Below, in pieces: positions 27,188 through 36,600 of a stretch of DNA of 52,586 nucleotides. The stretch is from an uncultured Bifidobacteriaceae bacterium (GTDB lineage Bacteria > Bacteroidota > Bacteroidia > Cytophagales > UBA9547), in NCBI GenBank assembly GCA_964565665.1, contig CAZMFZ010000003.1, positions 7,101-59,686 of the forward strand, in the 5' to 3' direction. Made by a program: the position numbers and the translations under genes. A model generated the notes under the pieces. It saw only the letters and a program-made list of their open reading frames with translations. It did not search any database and had not been told where the DNA came from. Within the stretch, counting starts at the first letter, position 1. Each line of letters starts with the position of its first letter.

Positions 27188-29290
27188 ATGAATTTTAAAA
27201 CCCTACTTCTACTCTCATTTACCTCACTTAATTTAAATTTTTACGCATATTCGCAAAAGAACACCCCAGCAACAGCCAATAAAGGAGTAGAGTTCTTCAA
27301 CAATGGCGATTATAAAGATGCTATCGATTTCTTTTCCGAAAGTATTCGAAGCGATTCAACCAAAGCTGAACATCATTTTTGGATAGCAAAATGTTATGAG
27401 CAAACCGCCTTCAAAGACAAAGAATTATACCACTATTTAAAATCTCAGAGGCTAAATCCGAGAATATCACCTGATATTTTATATCGTATTGGAAAGGCTT
27501 ACCATGAAAATCTTTTCTTAAACGATGCCATCAAATATTATAAGCTTTATAAGAAAGATATAAATGATGCAGGTGCTTTGCAGATGAATTCTAAAGTGAT
27601 GAACGAACACATTAGATCTTCAAAGCGAATTCACGAATGTGAAAACGCCAAGGTTGTGGTTTCGCATCCGTACGACCACAAAATTTTCCACCTCACTGGC
27701 ATTATTAATTCTGAATATGACGAATATACTCCTTCTGTAAGCTCAGATAATAATAAAATGATATTTACCTCCCGCAGACCAGGTGGCAGTTCTGATAAAA
27801 AAGACAAAGACAACGGCTATTTCGAAGATGTGTGGATGAGCTTAAAGGATACTACGGGGGAATGGATGAAGCCTGTAAACTTAAAGCAACCTGTAAATAC
27901 CGAATCGCACGATGCCTGCGTGGCTATGGATGCCACAGGCACAGAGCTTTTTTTGTACAGAACTACCAATGGAGGAGATATTTATTATTCACAGTTCGAA
28001 AATGGGCAATGGTCGAAACCCGAAAGCTTAAAACAGGTAAATTCTAAATACAAAGAACCCTCCGTTTGTATTTCTTCTAATGGTAAAGTTATTTATTTCT
28101 CTAGTAATAAACCTGGTGGCTATGGAGGTCTCGATATTTATCGAACAGAAAGAAACAAAGACGGATTGTGGAGTGAAGCACTAAATTTGGGTTCTTTGGT
28201 AAATTCTGAATACGATGAAGACAGCCCTTTTATTTCTCCCGATGGGAAAACGGTTTATTTTAGCTCCAACGGACACAACAATATGGGTGGTTACGATATT
28301 TTTAGCATCAATTACGATGTAAGAAAAAAAGCTTGGAGTACTCCACTCAACCTAGGTTTTCCCATCAATTCTGCCGATGACGACATTTATTTTTCTATTG
28401 CTGGCGACCATAAAACGGCTTATTATGCCTCAGCCAAAAAAGATGGTTTTGGAGAAAAAGACATTTATATGATAGTTATCGACACTAGTTATATCTCAAA
28501 GCCATTGCTTACAGTGGCAATGGGCGGAGCGGCTCCTGCTCATATCGCATCTATTCATCCTTCTACTTTGAAAATGCATGAAGGGCCACACCAAATAAAA
28601 CCACACCTTACCAAACAACACCCAAAGTCAGTGTCAGTAGTACCAAGCGTACCTATTGTTGATAAAGCTGAAATTGTAGAGTTTAAGGGAAAAGTGTTGG
28701 ACGAAAACGAAAAACCTGTAGAATCAAATATTACGGTAAAAAAAGAGAAAACCGCGGAAATGCCACGCGAATATATGAGCAAGGAAGATGGCACTTTTAG
28801 CATACCGCTAGAAAGAGGCTTTCAGTATGGTATTGATATTCAGAAAGACGGCTATGTGTTTGCATCGAGTAAAATAGATTTATCAACTAAAATGAAAACT
28901 ATCCCAAAGTTTGAAGAGAAAGTAGTACTTAAAAAGCCCAAGGTAGGAACGAAAATAATTATGAAGAATATTTTCTATGGTACCGGCAATGCATCACTCG
29001 AACCATCTTCTTTTTCTGAGATTGATATTTTAAATGATTTCTTATCTAAAAACCCTACAATACAAATAGAAATTTCAGGGCATACCGATAATAGAGGTAC
29101 ATCCGAAGTGAACAAAGAATTAAGCACTTCAAGAGCAAGAGTAATTTACAAATTGTTGGTAAAAAAGGGAATTGAGCCAGAACGGATAAAATATGTGGGC
29201 TATGGATCAGAGCGGCCAATTGCCCCCAACGACACTGAAGCAGGCAGAGGCCAAAACCGGAGAACTGAGTTTGAAATAGTTTACCAATAA
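27188..29290 (+). CDS. PorE-like protein: TPR, PD40 propeller, carboxypeptidase-regulatory-like domain and OmpA_C
   Basis: N-terminal TPR-like helices; FTSRRPGG, YFSSNKPGGYGGLDIY, PFISPDGKTVYFSS; IEISGHTDNRG..LSTSRA..NRRTEF. Confidence 0.9.
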   Translation: MNFKTLLLLSFTSLNLNFYAYSQKNTPATANKGVEFFNNGDYKDAIDFFSESIRSDSTKAEHHFWIAKCYEQTAFKDKELYHYLKSQRLNPRISPDILYRIGKAYHENLFLNDAIKYYKLYKKDINDAGALQMNSKVMNEHIRSSKRIHECENAKVVVSHPYDHKIFHLTGIINSEYDEYTPSVSSDNNKMIFTSRRPGGSSDKKDKDNGYFEDVWMSLKDTTGEWMKPVNLKQPVNTESHDACVAMDATGTELFLYRTTNGGDIYYSQFENGQWSKPESLKQVNSKYKEPSVCISSNGKVIYFSSNKPGGYGGLDIYRTERNKDGLWSEALNLGSLVNSEYDEDSPFISPDGKTVYFSSNGHNNMGGYDIFSINYDVRKKAWSTPLNLGFPINSADDDIYFSIAGDHKTAYYASAKKDGFGEKDIYMIVIDTSYISKPLLTVAMGGAAPAHIASIHPSTLKMHEGPHQIKPHLTKQHPKSVSVVPSVPIVDKAEIVEFKGKVLDENEKPVESNITVKKEKTAEMPREYMSKEDGTFSIPLERGFQYGIDIQKDGYVFASSKIDLSTKMKTIPKFEEKVVLKKPKVGTKIIMKNIFYGTGNASLEPSSFSEIDILNDFLSKNPTIQIEISGHTDNRGTSEVNKELSTSRARVIYKLLVKKGIEPERIKYVGYGSERPIAPNDTEAGRGQNRRTEFEIVYQ

Positions 29291-29298
29291 ATTGCTAG

Positions 29299-30261
29299 TT
29301 ATTTCTTAAACAAAGTTTCTATAAATAACGCTCTGTCAAAAAGTTGCAAGTCGTTGATTTTTTCTCCTACGCCAATATATTTTACTGGGATGTTAAATTG
29401 GTCGGATATTCCAATTATCACGCCTCCTTTTGCAGTGCCATCCAGTTTGGTTACGGCCAGTGCTGTCACTTCCGTGGCTTTGGTAAATTCCTTAGCTTGC
29501 TGAATAGCATTTTGCCCGGTACTTCCATCTAATACAAGCAATACTTCATGTGGGGCATCGGTATGAATCTTTTGCATTACCTTTTTTATCTTGCCCAGTT
29601 CATTCATCAGGTTTATTTTGTTGTGCAATCTGCCCGCTGTATCTATTATCACTACATCTGCTTTGTTTTCTACGCCATATTTGGTGGCATCGTAGGCTAC
29701 GGCAGCAGGGTCGGTATTCATGCCGTGCGAAATCACAGTTACGCCTGCTCGCTCTCCCCAAGTTTTCAATTGATCTACAGCGGCAGCCCTGAAAGTGTCG
29801 CCAGCCCCCAATACCACCTTCAATCCTGCATTGTGAAATTGTGAGGCTAGCTTGCCAATGGTAGTAGTTTTTCCCACACCATTTACCCCAACTACCATTA
29901 TCACATAAGGTAGCTTCACACTTGTAGGAATAATTTCGTTAATAGTCGAAGCTTCATTCTTTGCCATCAAAGAAGCTATTTCTTCTTTTAAAATTGTATC
30001 TAATTCATTGGCATTAAGGTATTTATCTTTGGCTACCCTTTCTTGAATTTTTGAGATAATTTTCAAGGTGGTATCTACACCTACATCTGCCCCAATCAAT
30101 ATTTCTTCTAAGTTGTCTAATACCTCATCATCTACACTTGTTTTGCCAAATACAGCTTTGCCTATGTTTCCTAAGAAACTTGTTCTTGTTTTTGCCAATC
30201 CGCTATCTAGCGAAGCGGTGTTTTCTTGCTTTTTAGTAGATAAAAAATCAAATATTCCCAC
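29299..30261 (-). CDS. ftsY: Signal recognition particle receptor FtsY
   Basis: GVNGVGKTTTIGKLA, DTFRAAA, DTAGR, TKLDGTAKGG; GTG start. Confidence 0.97.
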   Translation of the reverse strand: MGIFDFLSTKKQENTASLDSGLAKTRTSFLGNIGKAVFGKTSVDDEVLDNLEEILIGADVGVDTTLKIISKIQERVAKDKYLNANELDTILKEEIASLMAKNEASTINEIIPTSVKLPYVIMVVGVNGVGKTTTIGKLASQFHNAGLKVVLGAGDTFRAAAVDQLKTWGERAGVTVISHGMNTDPAAVAYDATKYGVENKADVVIIDTAGRLHNKINLMNELGKIKKVMQKIHTDAPHEVLLVLDGSTGQNAIQQAKEFTKATEVTALAVTKLDGTAKGGVIIGISDQFNIPVKYIGVGEKINDLQLFDRALFIETLFKK

Positions 30262-30413
30262 TCTAGTTTTCTTTTAACATAATACTATCAATAATAACTC
30301 TAGTCATATTTAGAAACCTACATTCTGCATTTTCCATTCCACATGGTTGGCGAGGGTAGGGCTTTTTATTTTTCAATTATGGATGTCTACAGATACTCAT
30401 ATCTACCCACAAC

Positions 30414-30441
30414 AAAAAAAGTCCCGAAATACGGGACTTTT
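30414..30441 (-). terminator. Intrinsic terminator of rpmB-rpmG-DUF4295
   Basis: Minus strand AAAAGTCCCG-TATTT-CGGGAC-TTTTTTT. Confidence 0.85.
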
Positions 30442-30466
30442 CAATATGATTTTAAATCAAGCTTTT

Positions 30467-30619
30467 CTAGTTTCCTTTCAAAAAACCTTGTACTTCATCG
30501 GCAGGCACCATTTCTTCTCTGAATGAATAGGCTCCATTCTCGTTTTTTACAGCACGAACTACCTTAGCCCATTGTTTTCCGCCTTCTTTTTTTAGTGTCG
30601 CTACAACTTTCTTTGCCAT
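30467..30619 (-). CDS. DUF4295 family small protein (50 aa; absent from the ORF track)
   Basis: Manual translation MAKKVVATLKKEGGKQWAKVVRAVKNENGAYSFREEMVPADEVQGFLKGN; usual position between rpmG and ftsY in Bacteroidota. Confidence 0.9.
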   Translation of the reverse strand: MAKKVVATLKKEGGKQWAKVVRAVKNENGAYSFREEMVPADEVQGFLKGN

Positions 30620-30681
30620 TGTATATTATGTTTAATGATTTTTAGTTTTAAATATCGAAATCCAAGATTTCTAGTTTAAAA

Positions 30682-30864
30682 TTATTTAATTTCTTTGTGT
30701 ACAGTTACTTTCCTCATAATTGGATTAAATTTTTTCAATTCAATCCTTTCTGTGGTATTTTTTCTGTTTTTCGTAGTGATGTAACGAGATGTACCCGCAA
30801 GACCGCTATTTTTATGTTCAGTACATTCTAAAATTACTTGAACTCTGTTGCCTTTCTTTGCCAT
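30682..30864 (-). CDS. rpmG: 50S ribosomal protein L33
   Basis: [40 protein letters not shown]. Confidence 0.97.
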   Translation of the reverse strand: MAKKGNRVQVILECTEHKNSGLAGTSRYITTKNRKNTTERIELKKFNPIMRKVTVHKEIK

Positions 30865-30872
30865 TAAAATAC

Positions 30873-31115
30873 TTATTTACCTGTGTATATACCTTTTGCT
30901 TTTGCCTCTTTAATCACAGCAGAAATACCATTTTTGTTGATTGTTTTAATGGCTTGTGTAGATACTTTCAATTGTATCCATCTATTTTCTTCAGGAATGA
31001 AGAATTTTTTGGTTTGAAGATTAGGATAAAATTTTCTCTTAGTCCTATTATTTGAATGGGAAACATTAAAACCTGATTGGGTTTTCTTTCCGGTTACTTC
31101 GCAAACACGTGCCAT
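30873..31115 (-). CDS. rpmB: 50S ribosomal protein L28 (start moved to 31115)
   Basis: [29 protein letters not shown]. Confidence 0.97.
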   Translation of the reverse strand: MARVCEVTGKKTQSGFNVSHSNNRTKRKFYPNLQTKKFFIPEENRWIQLKVSTQAIKTINKNGISAVIKEAKAKGIYTGK

Positions 31116-31142
31116 TTTTCTCTTGTTTTCTAAAAAGGATTG

Positions 31143-31173
31143 CAAATATAGAGGTTGCAATTTAATTTACAAA
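31143..31173 (-). promoter_or_regulatory. Bacteroidota sigma70 promoter of the rpmB operon
   Basis: Minus strand TTTG-19 nt-TATATTTG, matching the -33/-7 consensus, 27 nt upstream of the ATG. Confidence 0.8.
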
Positions 31174-31199
31174 CAATATAATGAATTAATATTCTGTTC

Positions 31200-32303
31200 T
31201 TATTTACCCACGCCCAAGCTCCCTTTTCTAATGATTTCATATTCAAAATCGGGGCAGGGTAGCGATCTTTGTATAGTTTTTTTCCGAGAAGTGCGGAATA
31301 CAAATGTCAGATTTAACTCATGTGCTCCACCTGTTCTGGCATTTTGTTGTTTCGATACCGTGAAATCGTAAGCGTAACCAAAGCCGAAGCCATTATAGTT
31401 TGCACCAACTAAAAATACAATCGCATCGTAGTTAGATGCTTGTGAAAAATCATTTGATTTATATTGCTTCAATGGTAAGCCTCTATACCATACACCTGCT
31501 AAGAAAAAGCTTCTACTAAAATACAAGCCAATATCAAGCTGATCGGCACCTTGCCCGAAATCAAAATAAGTAGGCTCGTTTCCACCTTGGTGCTTGTAAG
31601 TAAAAGTAGGGGTGAGATACATATAGTCAGGTGCACCATGCAAACCTCTACTTTTGGCATTGCCACCCGATATGGCAATGGGAATTTTATAGCCTCCTAC
31701 CAAGGTAAATTTTACAGGCATTGCATTTCCTTTGCCAATCAGCGACTCTGTAGGGCGATTTAAGTGATTGAGCGTAATGCCGACATACAAATTTCTATCA
31801 TAGAAAATGGTTCCAAAGCCTATATCAGGCATTAGTATGGATCTATTATAGCCACTGCCTGTTTGCCCATCGTTGCTAAAATCTGATGGCAAAAGTGTAT
31901 TTCCCAAAGCCCTTTGTATAAAGCCGCCTTGCAAACCAAATCGTATCGTTTTATTTCTGGTTATGGGCAGCTCATAAGCATAATTTAAAGATATATAAGT
32001 AGAAGTTATTTTGTTTCCTCCTTGGTAGTCTTGCAAAGCCAATATGCCGAAACCACTATTGTATTTAGAAGCGTATGTATCGAAAGATACCTGAGTAGTA
32101 GTAAATTCTGCATCTTGGTTAGGCCATTGCCATCTTTGGTGTATCAAAGCCCTGTTGGCGTGTCGCCCACCTGCAAATGCAGGATTCAAATACAATGGAA
32201 CAGAATAAAACATAGAAAACTGTGGATCTTGAGCCACTGCGTTGGAAATGAGCAGGAAAAATGAGGTAAATATAAAAAGTTGTTTAATTAAATATGTATT
32301 CAT
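31200..32303 (-). CDS. PorP/SprF family T9SS barrel
   Basis: AQDPQFSMFYSVPLYLNPAFAG, RWQWP, GYAYDFTVS, GGAHEL, LPCPDF. Confidence 0.93.
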   Translation of the reverse strand: MNTYLIKQLFIFTSFFLLISNAVAQDPQFSMFYSVPLYLNPAFAGGRHANRALIHQRWQWPNQDAEFTTTQVSFDTYASKYNSGFGILALQDYQGGNKITSTYISLNYAYELPITRNKTIRFGLQGGFIQRALGNTLLPSDFSNDGQTGSGYNRSILMPDIGFGTIFYDRNLYVGITLNHLNRPTESLIGKGNAMPVKFTLVGGYKIPIAISGGNAKSRGLHGAPDYMYLTPTFTYKHQGGNEPTYFDFGQGADQLDIGLYFSRSFFLAGVWYRGLPLKQYKSNDFSQASNYDAIVFLVGANYNGFGFGYAYDFTVSKQQNARTGGAHELNLTFVFRTSRKKTIQRSLPCPDFEYEIIRKGSLGVGK

Positions 32304-32385
32304 TATATATATTCTACTACTAATCTACTTAATTTTTTCTATTTATACAAGATTATTTCATTTGGAAACCCAGCAAATATAAAGT

Positions 32386-33453
32386 TTACATTAGCGGGGT
32401 GTGAAATTTAGAAGACTTCTTAGCTCTTGAGCCAATATGAATAGAAGTCTTTAATGAAATCTCGTAGGCACTCAAAGCTTTGCCATATACTTGCGATATG
32501 CCACCAAATCCCAAATCGTAGCTAAATCCTAGGTTATAATATTTGCTACCAAAGCCCACCTGACCTACTACAGCATCGCCAAATCGGTATGCTCCACCAA
32601 ACAATACGCGTGTAGGTTTTATAAAATCATCGTGGTCGGGAAATAAATAGGTGAAGTTCAGCCCTGCCATCGCAAAATTAACTTTCGACATAGTAAAAAG
32701 AAAATTTGGCGACATATTTAAACGCTTGGCCACGTGCACTTCAATGCCACCATGCAATTTGAAAACCAATGGTATTTTACCTTTCTGCCCGCTTAAAAAA
32801 GCATCGTTTGGTTGATTGATATTTGCAGCCACAAAACCTATATATGCACTTATGCCAGGTGCATATATATCTCGCCCTGCATTATAATAGTAAAGTACAC
32901 CTGCAGAAATTTCTGGCACTATTTTAGGTGGAACGCTACTTAAATTTGCATCTGGTGTAGAAGCGCCAGAGCCAAACCCATCTGGTTTTGTAGGATCGTA
33001 TTGGCTGCCATATTGATAGTTGTTTAAATTGCTGATTTGCTTTTGAATAAACCCAATTTGCAAACCGAAAGTCAGATTTTGAGCTGTAGAAGCGGCTATA
33101 TGCAAATTGTAAGCCCCATTAAGCGATGCACCAAGGGAATTCAAATTGCCATTTCCTGCACTTGCATTCCATACATTTACACCAAAGCCACCTTTGTGAT
33201 AGTTTTTCTCCCCTTTATCATGGTATGGAATAATGGCGTTGATAAGTGCGAGTTGATAAGGCGTAACCCCTTGCCATTGCGTTCTGTATAAGCCGCCTAT
33301 TGCAAAATTATGTTCCAGGCCACTCATAGCAGGGTTTAGATAAATAGAAGACGCATAGAATTGTGAGGGTTGTGGTTCTGTTTGAGCCAAAGTTAACTTT
33401 GAAAAAATAAAAACCAATAAAAAGCTACCAAGGTGTAGATATCGAGTAGGCAT
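32386..33453 (-). CDS. PorP/SprF family T9SS barrel
   Basis: QPSQFYASSIYLNPAMSG, YRTQW, YRFGDA, GFSYD, AYEISL. Confidence 0.92.
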   Translation of the reverse strand: MPTRYLHLGSFLLVFIFSKLTLAQTEPQPSQFYASSIYLNPAMSGLEHNFAIGGLYRTQWQGVTPYQLALINAIIPYHDKGEKNYHKGGFGVNVWNASAGNGNLNSLGASLNGAYNLHIAASTAQNLTFGLQIGFIQKQISNLNNYQYGSQYDPTKPDGFGSGASTPDANLSSVPPKIVPEISAGVLYYYNAGRDIYAPGISAYIGFVAANINQPNDAFLSGQKGKIPLVFKLHGGIEVHVAKRLNMSPNFLFTMSKVNFAMAGLNFTYLFPDHDDFIKPTRVLFGGAYRFGDAVVGQVGFGSKYYNLGFSYDLGFGGISQVYGKALSAYEISLKTSIHIGSRAKKSSKFHTPLM

Positions 33454-33481
33454 AAGCGTATAAACAGGGCAATTATAACTA

Positions 33482-33489
33482 CAAATTTA
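33482..33489 (-). promoter_or_regulatory. Candidate -7 box for the tandem PorP genes
   Basis: Minus strand TAAATTTG, 28 nt upstream of the ATG at 33453. Confidence 0.5.
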
Positions 33490-33629
33490 CATTAGTACAA
33501 CTTCCATAGCAGTTACTTTCTTCATTAGCTACGTATATATTGATATAGAGTAGATTTAGAGAAAACAATTTTCTATTTCCACGTATTTACTCTATTATTG
33601 GAATCTCAATACACCCTTATGCATCCTTT

Positions 33630-36600
33630 ATGAGAATAAATAAACTTCTACTATTTTTATTTATTACATTTTCGTTTGTTTCAAAAGATATTTTCGCAAC
33701 ACATATTATTGGGGGTACCATGGAATATATTCGCCTCGGCCCTGGCTCTATGCCCAATTCTTCGCGGTATAAAATCAAATTGATCTTATACAGGGACAAA
33801 GGTGGAGTTCAATTAAGTAATCAGGCAATGATATATGTGAGAGGCGATGCACGCTATCCTTTCAATTCATTGGTAGAGTCGAACCCAACTACTGCGGCAC
33901 AACTAACCGCACGATTCGGCAATGGAAATGCGTTTGCACGTGATTTTGCCATTTTGCCAGGCAGCCCGGTTGATACCTTAACAGTTCGCCCCCAAGCACT
34001 TACAGAGGTAAATGACGTAACTTCAACCACATCAAACCATTATTTTACAGGATGGTCTGGTGAGTATGCACTTCAAGGAAACCTTTCACTGAGATTTCCA
34101 AACACCAGCATTGCAGGCGTGTCCACCATACCTGGTTACGAATATTCCGCTTACAACAATATTTATCCAGCAAAGCAATTCATGGCCGATAGGTCAACCC
34201 CAGATGGTATTACAGGGTTTGGATGGGTAAGGCAGTACGATGTTACCGACAATTCATCTTTGGTAGATACCTGCACCGAAGTGATTTCAAATACATTTGA
34301 AGTAAAAGAATATACTAGAGTAGTCGATTTGCCAAATATACCGGGAGGCTATCACGTATTTTCGGAAATAAGTGCTAGAAATGGAGCTGTTCTAAATGTG
34401 CGAAGCCCAGGAGCGGTTGGTTTCACAGTTTACACCCGTATTCCCGACATAGCACTTCTAGATACAGATGCAGATTCTTTTACAAAGTTGTATAATGCAT
34501 ATTCCGCTGCTGGCATGGTAACTACTTTGGGTACCGGTTCGGCCTTTTCTTTTGCGGGCTCTTTGGCTGGGGTTGGCCAAATGGGCGGCTATCTCAACGA
34601 TCGAATCAGAACTTCATCCATTACAGGTGTCATAAAAGACATGCAAGCTTCAAGCCCAAGATTTATCAGTCGGCCACCGAGCTTTGTTTGTGGTACAGAT
34701 CCGGTATTGTTTAAAACCCTTGGTAAAAACCCTAACAATTCTGCCAACCTATTTCAAGCTTTCGATTACGATGGAGATCGATTGGAATATGAAGTTGTAA
34801 GTGCCTCTGCGGTAAAAATAGATGCAGGTACTGGAAGTGGTAGAGATTACCCTTTTACAGGAACATGGAAGATGCCGAATGCAACTGTAGATGGAGCTTC
34901 CTTTATTGGTACGGATCGATTGTACCCTACCATGCCCTATACCAATCTGGTGTACCCGTATAGTGTAAATATTGCCACTTTTAAGCCTGTTCAATACCAA
35001 ACTTTTGCTGGTGCTAGTTTTGTAAGTGCCGAATTTCCTATGGGTTTGGTAGATAGTGTGCCAGGCATAGTAATCGATAAAAATACGGGCAAAACTACCC
35101 TAACTCCTTTGTTTGATGTCAGTTCAGGAGATAAGAGGGTAGTAACAAGCATAAGGGTGCGAGAATTTAGAAATGTAACGGTACCTGGGTCTGCATTAAG
35201 CCCTTCCGTACCTGGTGCGGGATTTTTTGTAAGAGAGGCATTGATGGGTCAAATTAATATAGATTATCAATTTCTGGTAAAGAAATGTCCGCTGCCTTCG
35301 TTGGCATTTATGGCACCTACCATAGGTTGTTTTAAGCCCAATTCATCTAATATACAGTTTACTTATGTTCCTAATTCAACCCCTGATCCTATAAACAATT
35401 TGTATTGGGATTTTGGTAGAGATCGCTACACCGTAACTGGAATCAAAAACCCAACGGACCCTCTATTAAGTACTGAGGTGGTTCGCAGGGTAGCTCCAAA
35501 TGGAAGTATTGTCAATACTGCTGCCAATGGAGGTGTTTCTGACCCTACATTTTTTGGAATAGGAAAAACCCCTACCTACTCTTTTCCTGGTGTTGGTAGC
35601 TATTTTGTAAAACTGGTTGTGCAGCTCAATTCTGACAATAGAACAAGAAATAGCTGTTCAGATTCAGCCTTTTCCTTGGTAAATGTTTCTGTGTTAAGAT
35701 CTGGATACACAGTAACTGGCGGGCCAATATGTATCAATATCCCCATCGATTTCAATCCGTTTGCTACAGGTAGTGCTACTGGATTTACAACCACTTCAGG
35801 AAGTTCACTTTACACCAATATAAATACCAACCCCATACCATTAATAGTAAAGAGGCGCAGAGATTCAGCAGGGATAGTGCTTTACACATATTTAGGAGCC
35901 GGCTTTTGGATGCAGCCTAATGGCACTAGGGATACAATAGCTCCTGACGCCTCTATCATAGCGCCCTCTAAAATTCTCAATGTCAAATATGGCTTTGGCA
36001 ACGGTGCTACGCAGACATTTACCAGAACTTTAAGTACAAATGCTTGGGTTGCCTCCACTTCAGTTATAGGTGTGAATTTTACAATTACAGGGCCGTTTCC
36101 GCAGATTATACCCAATACCAGGGTTACAGTTACAGGATTAGCAGGGCCATTAAACAATAGCATTCCAGGAATTAGATACGCTTATCCAGATTCTATAACC
36201 AATGCAATTAGCTACTTGATAGTCAAAAACCAGTTCGGATGCTCCGATTCCGTAAGTAGAAATGTAACAGTAGTAAAAAACTACCCCACTGCCAGGATAA
36301 TAACACCTAACGTGTGTGAAAATGTTACTACACTTACTGTACAAGGCTTCACAACCACAGCCAATAAAGGTATCTGGTCGGGCCTTGGTACGTTTCTACC
36401 AATCCCGTCCGATAATTTCAGTTCTGGAAATATAGTGACAGCTACTGGGGTTACCACAATTTTAGGCGGTACTGCGGGCTTCGTTATCAATTCTATTTAC
36501 CAACCAACTATGGCAGAACTATCAGTAGTTGGCCTTAATCCATTCAATACTTTCACTACGGTTGTGCTTTCTACAACTGGTATTCCTGAATGCCCTACTG

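Noticed and set aside
21003-31160. ORF-track starts for argG (21003), adk (26955) and rpmB (31160)
   Set aside because: The extensions lack family similarity, and for argG and rpmB they overlap promoter boxes; downstream ATGs were chosen
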